64,000 bases of DNA from a virus. The position numbers and the translations under genes are program-made. This document shows positions 17,702 through 24,963 of this stretch, piece by piece (within the stretch, counting starts at the first letter, position 1; the number at the start of each line of letters is the position of its first letter). Below the pieces are notes generated by a model. It saw nothing but the letters and a program-made list of their open reading frames with translations. It was not told the origin of the DNA and ran no database searches. The stretch lies in IMG/VR virus record IMGVR_UViG_3300042555_002918, positions 32,001-96,000 of that record. One strand, given 5' to 3'.

Positions 17702-18697
17702 ATGAAAGACCAAATCCTGATTGGCGATGCCTTAGAGATCTTAAAGACCCTACCAGACGGCATCATTAACACCTGTGTTACGTCTCCACCTTATTTTGGC
17801 CTCCGGGACTATGGCGTTGATGGTCAAATAGGATTGGAGCAAGGCCCAGAGCAGTTCATTCAAAAATTGGTAGAGGTGTTTCGTGAGGTCCGTCGTGTTC
17901 TAAGGGACGATGGGACACTGTGGGTCAACATCGGGGATAGTTATGCAACGATGCAGCGCAGTGGAAAAAAAGAATCTCCAGGGGTTGGAGCCAAACAAGC
18001 GATGCCTCCCATTAGAACAAAAATTAGGTGGGGGAAGGGTGGCGGTACAAATTTCTGGTGGCGTATTCCAACTGAAAAGTACGGGGATTTAAAACCCAAA
18101 GACCTCATAGGAATCCCTTGGATGCTTGCCTTTGCGCTTCGTGCGGATGGCTGGCACTTAAGGCAAGACACCATCTGGCATAAGCCAAACTCAATGCCTG
18201 AGAGTGTTAAAGACCGCTGCACCAAGGCGCATGAGTACATATTTCTACTAAGCAAATCTCCAAAGTATTACTTTGATAGCGAAGCTATACAAGAGCCGTC
18301 CGTTTCCACTCATCCTTCAGGTAATGGGTTTAAGAGAGAATGTCGGCTTTCGTACAAAGATAAAAATGGCGCAAGAGGAAATGATCAGCCATGGCAAGTA
18401 AAGCCTACTCGTAATCGCCGCTCGGTGTGGAGCGTAAATACAAAACCTTTCAAGGAGGCACATTTTGCAACATTTCCGGAGAAGCTAGTAGAGCCTTGTA
18501 TTCTAGCAGGCTCCCCGAAGGGTGGCTTGGTGCTTGATCCCTTTTTTGGGGCGGGGACTACGGGACTTGTAGCAAAGAAGCTTGGGCGAAATTACCTCGG
18601 TGTAGAGATCAATCCAAAGTACGCACAAATTGCAAGTGAGAGAATTGACAAATGGTTAATCTCAAACGTCTTGCCGGTAGATCACATTTTTGAATGA
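17702..18697 (+). CDS. DNA methyltransferase, N6/N4 family (beta class, SPPY)
   Basis: VTSPPY, W.KPN.MPES, HFATFP, VLDPFFGAGTT motifs. Confidence 0.93.
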   Translation: MKDQILIGDALEILKTLPDGIINTCVTSPPYFGLRDYGVDGQIGLEQGPEQFIQKLVEVFREVRRVLRDDGTLWVNIGDSYATMQRSGKKESPGVGAKQAMPPIRTKIRWGKGGGTNFWWRIPTEKYGDLKPKDLIGIPWMLAFALRADGWHLRQDTIWHKPNSMPESVKDRCTKAHEYIFLLSKSPKYYFDSEAIQEPSVSTHPSGNGFKRECRLSYKDKNGARGNDQPWQVKPTRNRRSVWSVNTKPFKEAHFATFPEKLVEPCILAGSPKGGLVLDPFFGAGTTGLVAKKLGRNYLGVEINPKYAQIASERIDKWLISNVLPVDHIFE

Positions 18698-18795
18698 TAA
18701 CTCATTGGACAGCGGGGCGAGCCCATCGAGCACTGGTCGCGGAATGTAGAAAAGGTCAAGTTTGTCGAAGGATTAGGGACTTTCGTATCTACCCT

Positions 18796-19116
18796 TTAAG
18801 GCTTGATTGCTTGTGCGTGGGGCAATACTCGATTTTGATGGCGGGTGATTTTAGCCGCACCTATTCGGTGGTGAAACCTGATAGCGGCCAATGCCTCGTC
18901 TTCTGTGTCGTAACTCCCTTTATGAACACTAATGTCATCATCTGTCACGGAAGAGTGAAATTTGCCGTTTAACTGAGTGTATGAACCAAGAAGTTTCCCT
19001 TTAGTCTCAACATCCACTGAGCTACCCCTATGAACAAGGTCCATAGGAGTCTTTTGCTCAATGAGATGAGCATCAATCTCTTCCGTGATAATGTCTTGTT
19101 CGGTCTTCTTGCTCAT
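18796..19116 (-). CDS. Leader-bearing small protein
   Basis: MSKKTEQDIITEEIDAHLIE; TATAAATA at 19125-19132. Confidence 0.75.
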   Translation of the reverse strand: MSKKTEQDIITEEIDAHLIEQKTPMDLVHRGSSVDVETKGKLLGSYTQLNGKFHSSVTDDDISVHKGSYDTEDEALAAIRFHHRIGAAKITRHQNRVLPHAQAIKP

Positions 19117-19200
19117 AGAGAGTCTATTTATAGAGAGTGAGAAGGAGCGGTGTTAAGCAGTTACATGGGCTTATGCCCCTAGAAAGTGCTTCGGGGTGAG

Positions 19201-19227
19201 GGTATAATTATGGTATAATTATGGTAT
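19201..19227 (+). repeat. 11-bp tandem repeat containing TATAAT
   Basis: GGTATAATTAT x2 plus GGTAT immediately before the brnT-like ATG. Confidence 0.7.
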
Positions 19228-19402
19228 GGCGTTTGAGTTCGACCCCGCTGCTGTCATTTATGGCGAGGAGAGATTCCTCCCTATTGGTAAGGTCGGACCG
19301 TTTTACTGGACAGATGTTATCACTTACCGTTTCGGTAAGGTGAGATTTATATCGGTTAGGAGATCACGTGACACAGAGAAAAAGCTCCACCAAAGCACTT
19401 AA
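19226..19402 (+). pseudogene. brnT: BrnT-family toxin with in-frame internal deletion (58 aa)
   Basis: Hand translation: MAFEFDP-AAVIYGEERFLPIGKVGPFYWTDVITYRFGKVRFISVRRSRDTEKKLHQST; lacks the K...N..KHG..F segment. Confidence 0.7.
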
Positions 19403-19634
19403 GCCCATTACGGCAAAAGAGTTTGATGAAAAGTTTGACGCCGGAGAGGACGTCTCGGAACACATTCAGTGGGACAAGGCCGTTCGGCATGAGCCAAACA
19501 AGGTAAGACGGGTCAACATCGATTTCCCTGAGTGGATGATTAGAGAGCTTGACGTAAAGGCGGATCGTCTTGGGATCGCCAGACAGTCACTTGTAAAGAT
19601 GTGGGTAGCTGAGAAGTTAAAGGCGGAGAAGTGA
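19368..19634 (+). CDS. brnA: BrnA/CopG-family antitoxin
   Basis: AKEFDEKFDAGEDV...RVNIDFPEWMI..LD..A.RLGI.RQSLVKMW. Confidence 0.85.
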   Translation: MTQRKSSTKALKPITAKEFDEKFDAGEDVSEHIQWDKAVRHEPNKVRRVNIDFPEWMIRELDVKADRLGIARQSLVKMWVAEKLKAEK

Positions 19635-19644
19635 GCCTTGTAAA

Positions 19645-20238
19645 CTAATCCCTTCTAGCTGCCGCTCGAACTGCCCAGTGTGGGTCCTTAGCAGCTTTTT
19701 CTAAGTGTGATGGTTTGGCGCTTGGATTCTCTGCCGCTCCCATACGGACCATGTAGTCATTATCTGAGAGAGCCTTCTCAATGTGGTGGTCTTTAGCAAC
19801 AGGGTTCTTTGCCGCAGCGTGTCTTACTACCCAATCCTCATCGGAAAGTCCTTTTTCAATGTGGTGGTCTTGAGCCTTTGGGTGACGGGCTGCCATGAAG
19901 CGTCGCTCTGAATCGTGGTCACCGATTGCACGGTCTAAATCGATCTCAAACCCGTGGTTATCAACCTTAGTTGAAATGGATTCGGCGATGATATCTTGTT
20001 CGGTCTTTTTCCCCTCTAAGAGCTTAGCTATCTCTTGGTCGGTATGCCCGGATTGTTTCAAAGACTTTACCGCGTGCTCCCTTCCTTTATGTCGGGCGAT
20101 GAGCTTTGCTGCTTCAGACTTTGACATGCCACCAAGGAGCGATGCTCCGGCGTCACTCATTTTGAGTGTTGATGCTGCAATTTTTAACTGATGCTTAACT
20201 GCATCTTCAGTAAGCGATAGTGTGGTCTTTTTGGACAT
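19645..20238 (-). CDS. Leader-bearing protein with C-terminal HEAT-like repeats
   Basis: MSKKTTLSLTE; internal KKTEQDIIAESI; D.D..VR..AA.NP repeats. Confidence 0.75.
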   Translation of the reverse strand: MSKKTTLSLTEDAVKHQLKIAASTLKMSDAGASLLGGMSKSEAAKLIARHKGREHAVKSLKQSGHTDQEIAKLLEGKKTEQDIIAESISTKVDNHGFEIDLDRAIGDHDSERRFMAARHPKAQDHHIEKGLSDEDWVVRHAAAKNPVAKDHHIEKALSDNDYMVRMGAAENPSAKPSHLEKAAKDPHWAVRAAARRD

Positions 20239-20241
20239 ACC

Positions 20242-20484
20242 CTATTCCTTTTCGCGCTCTACTTTATGCTCAGGTACTTTTATAGACTCGTATTCACCGA
20301 CGTCCACAACGTAGAAGGGGCTTCCGTGGCGGTAGCCTTGGTCATATCGGACAACTTTGCCTGATGTCATTTTGCCCTTATGCGGCACTCTCACCTTGGT
20401 TCCTTCTGGGTGACCACGTAAAGCCTCTCCAAGGTAGGTCTCAATTGACTCAGCAATAAGGTCCTGTTCTGACTTTTTGGACAT
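20242..20484 (-). CDS. Leader-bearing small SH3-like protein
   Basis: MSKKSEQDLIAESIETYLGE then GTKVRV...GKVV...YVVD. Confidence 0.7.
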   Translation of the reverse strand: MSKKSEQDLIAESIETYLGEALRGHPEGTKVRVPHKGKMTSGKVVRYDQGYRHGSPFYVVDVGEYESIKVPEHKVEREKE

Positions 20485-20524
20485 AGTGAGCCCTTTCATT
20501 GGGGGATGATTCTTAAATTACTTG

Positions 20525-21232
20525 CTACTTAGTCTCATCGTCCAGAAAGTCAGAGAAGTGACCCCAACCGTCCTTTTTAAGAAGACCTCTTTCGTAGGCC
20601 GCTTTTCTAAGTCCGCTCTGTACCCGTTGAGATGCCCAGTGGGTTTTATGAGCTTTGCCTGCTGGTCCGCTACTTTCTCGGTACGCGCTTCGCTGCTCTT
20701 CAGACCATTCACCTGGGTGTGCAGGAAGGTCTCTCGTTCTTGTCTGATGCGCCGCAATCAATTCCTGATATTTCTTCTCGGACCTTTGATGAATGTCATC
20801 AACGCGCTTTACTCTCTGCTTAAGCTCCTCGGGGCTAATCTTCATGCCATGCTTATATGCAAGCTGCTCAGGAGCCCACGCTTTCTTAGCCCTGGCCTTG
20901 TCGTCAGAGATAGCCTCACTCACACCGCCGTATCGTAAGGCTGCATGTTTGGCCTTTATCCCCTCCAACTCGGCCTTCTCCTCAGCGGCCCTATCTGCCA
21001 TGAGCACCGTCTGGAGATCGTGGTGACGCCCAAACTTGCTAGCGTTCTTTTCAAATCCTGCCTTGTCGCCCTTAGCCTTTGCGGCCTCGGCGGCCTTGTC
21101 GCTCTTTGCGATGCTTTTATCCGCTTTTTGAATAATGCGATTTATCTTGGCGAGCTTTGAGTCACCAATCTTTTCCTGAAGGTCAGAGTCGATAGCTTCA
21201 GCGATTAACTCTTGTTCGGTTTTCTTGGTCAT
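20525..21232 (-). CDS. Leader-bearing two-module protein
   Basis: MTKKTEQELIAEAIDSDLQE; one module shared with 16012..17472; EAISDDKA shared with 21245..22033. Confidence 0.75.
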   Translation of the reverse strand: MTKKTEQELIAEAIDSDLQEKIGDSKLAKINRIIQKADKSIAKSDKAAEAAKAKGDKAGFEKNASKFGRHHDLQTVLMADRAAEEKAELEGIKAKHAALRYGGVSEAISDDKARAKKAWAPEQLAYKHGMKISPEELKQRVKRVDDIHQRSEKKYQELIAAHQTRTRDLPAHPGEWSEEQRSAYRESSGPAGKAHKTHWASQRVQSGLRKAAYERGLLKKDGWGHFSDFLDDETK

Positions 21233-21244
21233 AATTATCTCAAA

Positions 21245-22033
21245 TTAAAACCCGCCATTGTTGTCCCAGTCATCCTTTGCACTGTGCATCCCGTGAGCAA
21301 ACGCTCGAAGGCGCGAGGAAAGGTGTTTGTAGTGCTCCTTTTTGGCAGGGTCAGATTCTTTTGATGATCGCTCTTGGTAGGTATCAGAGTGGCTGTTGAG
21401 CTTGTCGATGTAGCGGGTGTGATGGAAGTCATCACCTTTGGACTGTTTGAGCATCTTCTTTCCAAACTCATACCCTAAGTCCATAGGGCGGCTAACGCGC
21501 TTAGAGAACCCTTCAGGCTCACCTGTAATGTGCCCAAGTTTTCCAGGGAGCTTATGCTTTGCTGCGTAGTCTCTGACTTTACCGTAGACGTTTACGGCCT
21601 TGGCCACATTAGCGTCTTTTTGGTCTTCAAGGTCGTCAAACTCTTTATGGCTAATGTAGGGGTCATCCTTTTGAGCTTGGGTGAGGTCTCGGTTCTTATC
21701 CTGGAGGTCAAGGTACGCCTTTGTAAAGACGCGCTCTGCCTTCTTGGCTTTGTCGTCAGAGATAGCCTCTTTGAGACTCTTTTTAATTTCAATGGTGGGC
21801 TTTTTGTCCTCTCCACCGCGCATAAAAGGCTCTTTGGTCCGATGCTTCCAATCAAAATCAAGTTGCTTCAGGCGTTTCTTTGCATCCTCTTCGGAGGAAT
21901 GTGAGCTTTCAAGCTTCCCGTCTATGAACACTTGATGAACCTCTCTAGCTTCGGCGATTAGTTCACGCACGAGGGAGGTCTCAGTGAGGTCGATGGCTTC
22001 CGCGATTAACTCTTGTTCGGTTTTCTTGCTCAT
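21245..22033 (-). CDS. Leader-bearing multi-module protein
   Basis: MSKKTEQELIAEAIDLTE...LIAE...LKEAISDDKA; TATAAATA at 22041-22048. Confidence 0.75.
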   Translation of the reverse strand: MSKKTEQELIAEAIDLTETSLVRELIAEAREVHQVFIDGKLESSHSSEEDAKKRLKQLDFDWKHRTKEPFMRGGEDKKPTIEIKKSLKEAISDDKAKKAERVFTKAYLDLQDKNRDLTQAQKDDPYISHKEFDDLEDQKDANVAKAVNVYGKVRDYAAKHKLPGKLGHITGEPEGFSKRVSRPMDLGYEFGKKMLKQSKGDDFHHTRYIDKLNSHSDTYQERSSKESDPAKKEHYKHLSSRLRAFAHGMHSAKDDWDNNGGF

Positions 22034-22078
22034 AGAGGTCTATTTATAGAGAGTTACAAGGTGCTATCTCGATTTGAC

Positions 22079-22393
22079 CTACTCATCAGTAGGCCCCTCT
22101 GGCATCTCCATCCAATGAGTCACGGTGTTTCCGTAGATAAGCCCTGACCACGCAGCTTGATAGGGATTCCAATAGAGAGCTTCCATGTATTTAATCTGCC
22201 CGTTGGTCACGTGAACCAAGTACTGTGAATAGGTTGATGGGAGATGATCCTTGACGTTTACCCATTTGGGCGTTGCCGCAATGTACCCGGCCAAAAAGTA
22301 CACATTGGGATCAGGTGGTGATATGGACTCAACAGGCGGCGTTTCACTCATGGTCACTACTCTAGTTAAGACAAGGCACTGAGTAACATTCAC
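22079..22393 (-). CDS. DUF551-like protein
   Basis: WVNVKDHLP...YLV...VTHWMEMPEGP. Confidence 0.7.
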   Translation of the reverse strand: MNVTQCLVLTRVVTMSETPPVESISPPDPNVYFLAGYIAATPKWVNVKDHLPSTYSQYLVHVTNGQIKYMEALYWNPYQAAWSGLIYGNTVTHWMEMPEGPTDE

Positions 22394-22713
22394 CTTTGAC
22401 CAAAAGGAGCCTTAGGCAGCACAGTCCAATACACGGGCGCTTGAGTCCTCACCTCATAGGAGAACTCATTAAGTGTGCCTGATATCACCCCTAACGATGG
22501 AATAGACCACAGTACATCCCTTTCAGGTTCCGGGGTCTCCTCTCTAAGACTCACCCACTCGGGAGCTCGTCCCATTTGGTACCCCAACGCAAAGCACTGG
22601 TGGCAGTCGGTCCATTCATGGGGAGAAAGGTCATAGACATTCTCTAGGGTCTCACGCGCAAGGTCTTTAATGCTCTTTTTCATATCCATTCCCCTATCCA
22701 ATTCTATCCACAA
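22390..22713 (-). CDS. DUF551-like protein
   Basis: WVSLREETPE...VL...YWTVLPKAP; GGGAATGT-N21-TACGGT upstream (22741-22775). Confidence 0.6.
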   Translation of the reverse strand: MWIELDRGMDMKKSIKDLARETLENVYDLSPHEWTDCHQCFALGYQMGRAPEWVSLREETPEPERDVLWSIPSLGVISGTLNEFSYEVRTQAPVYWTVLPKAPFGQR

Positions 22714-22949
22714 AAGTGTTGAAAACTTTGATTAGCCGAGACCGTACATGGTAAGCTCTCCCCTACAACATTCCCCTATGGGAATACTTCGTATGGGTAG
22801 AAGGCTTCATGTCACCTCGTCTTAAGAGGAACTTGGAATTTGTTTGACGTTTTCCAGATTTCGTAAATCAGAGGATCTTGGATTTTGGCGCTGGAGGCTA
22901 AAGTTTTGTTTGAAAGGTGACGATGTAAGAGAGGACGTGTTTGTCTGGC

Positions 22950-23279
22950 TTACTTCCCTTTAAGGCGCGCCGCGTCTCGGTCCGCTCGAATCTCACTCTT
23001 AAACTTCTTGGTGAAGGACTGATTGAAAGTCTGGAGGCGCTTAAAGGCGATATCAAAGTTCTGCTTGTGAGCTTTGAAGTCGGGCGAGTTTCTTACATGG
23101 TCAGGGGTGAGTCCGTTCTCTAACTTTGGGAACTTCGACAGTTCAGCTTTATGTCGAGAGACGTCCGCCTCAAGTGAATCTCTCGCCTGCTTCGCCCGTG
23201 CGTAGAGGTCATCTTGGCTTTCTGTCACGAATGACCTAATAGCCTCTGCGATAATCTCCCTGGCATCTTTTTTGCTCAT
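22950..23279 (-). CDS. Leader-bearing small helical protein
   Basis: MSKKDAREIIAEAIRSFVTE; GLTPDHVR.SPDF motif; CTAAATA at 23286-23292. Confidence 0.75.
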   Translation of the reverse strand: MSKKDAREIIAEAIRSFVTESQDDLYARAKQARDSLEADVSRHKAELSKFPKLENGLTPDHVRNSPDFKAHKQNFDIAFKRLQTFNQSFTKKFKSEIRADRDAARLKGK

Positions 23280-23633
23280 GCCATCTATTTAGAGTGGGCG
23301 AATGAGATAATCGCCTAGGGCGCGAATAGGCTCCTTTAAATCCACAACGGGGAGGGGTAGCAATCTTTCAAACACACCGTCAGTCCGGATCTAGCCTTCG
23401 TCCGCCTTCAAACAACCAGCGTTCTATTCAATCGCTCACCATCCGCAAAGGGCGATTTTGAGACTATGAAAAATTACGAGAAGTAGAGTAAGTAGCTTAT
23501 AATACTCGGAAACTAGGCGGCCAAGGCCCTAATTTCATTCACCTTTCTTTGATATCGAGAACATGTGCCCCGTGGTAATTCTCACAAAGTAACTCTTTGG
23601 GAAGGTTTTACGTGTGACGATACCTTTTATGGC

Positions 23634-23882
23634 ATGAGGTTACCTCTTCCCCCATCTGATAAGGCACTTGTCCATGAAGCTTTAGGTCCACAGGGCTCTC
23701 TGGCGTCTCATATCACACATTCACAGTGGCTCACCGCGTATCTCTTATGTGACGGGCTCGGGCGTATCGATTTGAAAACTGCACTTGAAGCAGACTTTGA
23801 TTGGACCCATGTCAGGGACTCTTCCCCTAAAGGATTAAAGAGAGATGCTAGCTACCTTCGTTCTCTGAGTGGAAAGGATTAA
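23634..23882 (+). CDS. Hypothetical protein
   Basis: ATG at 23634; FDWTHVRDSS. Confidence 0.5.
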   Translation: MRLPLPPSDKALVHEALGPQGSLASHITHSQWLTAYLLCDGLGRIDLKTALEADFDWTHVRDSSPKGLKRDASYLRSLSGKD

Positions 23883-24309
23883 GCCTTAACACTGGTGGTT
23901 CATAGTGAGAGGTTTCAAGTCCAAGGATAGCTCTTACCTCCTCTATCGTTTGAGCCTTAGCTATTTGTTCTAGGAGATGTTTTAACTGTTTAATCTCTTC
24001 CGCCTTTGAAATCTTTCTCTCTAAGCTTGGTGTGGTTGGGTCAGCTTCCCAAACATAGGCAATCTTTCCCGTGACTCGACATGGACGCTTTGCAGTGGGC
24101 TTTATGAGCCCGTCCTCTTCAAGGGCTGAGAAGCGACACCGAAGCATGAGATATGACCCCGTTGTGCGTTCATAGTGAGCCTCTATTTCCCTCTGTGTGG
24201 ATGGACCTAACTCTTTTAAGAGCTTGTACACGATCCCTTTTTGAGTCTGGAGGAACCCGTTTGATACAAGGTCCTCGTAGGCTTCGTTGCTTGTGTCTTT
24301 TCGTCCCAT
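23848..24309 (-). CDS. Winged-helix DNA-binding protein
   Basis: TS.EAY...VY..L...GP.T..EI...RFS.L...GLI....R.C.VTG; GGTAATGC-N21-TAAGGT (24317-24351) 7 nt before ATG. Confidence 0.7.
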   Translation of the reverse strand: MGRKDTSNEAYEDLVSNGFLQTQKGIVYKLLKELGPSTQREIEAHYERTTGSYLMLRCRFSALEEDGLIKPTAKRPCRVTGKIAYVWEADPTTPSLERKISKAEEIKQLKHLLEQIAKAQTIEEVRAILGLETSHYEPPVLRLNPFHSENEGS

Positions 24310-24391
24310 GCCCCTTACCTTAAGGAGTTAGGGGATCGCCCGAGCATTACCTTTTAAAAGCGTTTGAAGGCGGACTAGGGGACATGATACC

Positions 24392-24592
24392 ATGGGGGAT
24401 ATGAGAGCTAGTGTCGCTTTTGAAAAGCTAAGGGCAGAGGAGCCAAGGGCCAATTACCGAAAGCTCTTTGGGACCATTGTTCTCTTTACGGTCCTTGTCG
24501 TAGTAGCGATTACCCTAAAGCTCTTTACCCATGTGCTTGATAGGGCTCTTGGGTTAGACAAAAAGGGTAAGGGGTTATTCAATCCCTTTTGA
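24392..24592 (+). CDS. Small membrane protein (start likely 24401)
   Basis: One hydrophobic segment; TTTGAAGGCGGAC and TACCAT upstream. Confidence 0.55.
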   Translation: MGDMRASVAFEKLRAEEPRANYRKLFGTIVLFTVLVVVAITLKLFTHVLDRALGLDKKGKGLFNPF

Positions 24593-24901
24593 TTGAGCCA
24601 GAGCTTTCCATCTCTCTTTAAACCGTGCCTGCCGCTCAATTATTGCGGTTATCTCTTCCCGTGTCTTAGTGGTATGGAGAGGGGTTAAGAGGAACTGAAG
24701 CCTTATTTCATCTTTTAAATGGGCAAGAGATGCTGTCTCGATATGGGACTCATTCTTCTCGCACTCCTGCAGGGCATCAAAGAGCTGCTTAGTCTTTTCC
24801 TCATAGACCGTATAGAGCGCATAGCGAAGGAAGCTCTTTTGAGAGTTTGAGAACCCTTCGGTTATCGTATCAAGCATCTCGTTAAAGAATGTTTCAAACA
24901 T
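24575..24901 (-). CDS. Hypothetical protein
   Basis: 108 aa; CTAAATA at 24930-24936. Confidence 0.55.
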   Translation of the reverse strand: MFETFFNEMLDTITEGFSNSQKSFLRYALYTVYEEKTKQLFDALQECEKNESHIETASLAHLKDEIRLQFLLTPLHTTKTREEITAIIERQARFKERWKALAQSKGIE

Positions 24902-24963
24902 GTTTCACACATATTTCGTTGCCTAGTTCTATTTAGGTTTAGGGAGTAGTCCAAACAAACGCT

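Larger units (their letters stand above)
17620..18759 (+). repeat. 20-bp perfect direct repeat flanking the methyltransferase gene
   Basis: CGGAATGTAGAAAAGGTCAA at 17620-17639 and 18740-18759. Confidence 0.8.

Noticed and set aside
18694-18972. ORF overlapping the methylase stop (ATGA coupling)
   Set aside because: It overlaps the direct repeat and the better-supported leader-bearing gene on the opposite strand, and has no recognisable motif.
23574-23608. GGTAATTC as another copy of the N21 promoter class
   Set aside because: No TAnnnT hexamer at the 21-nt spacing.
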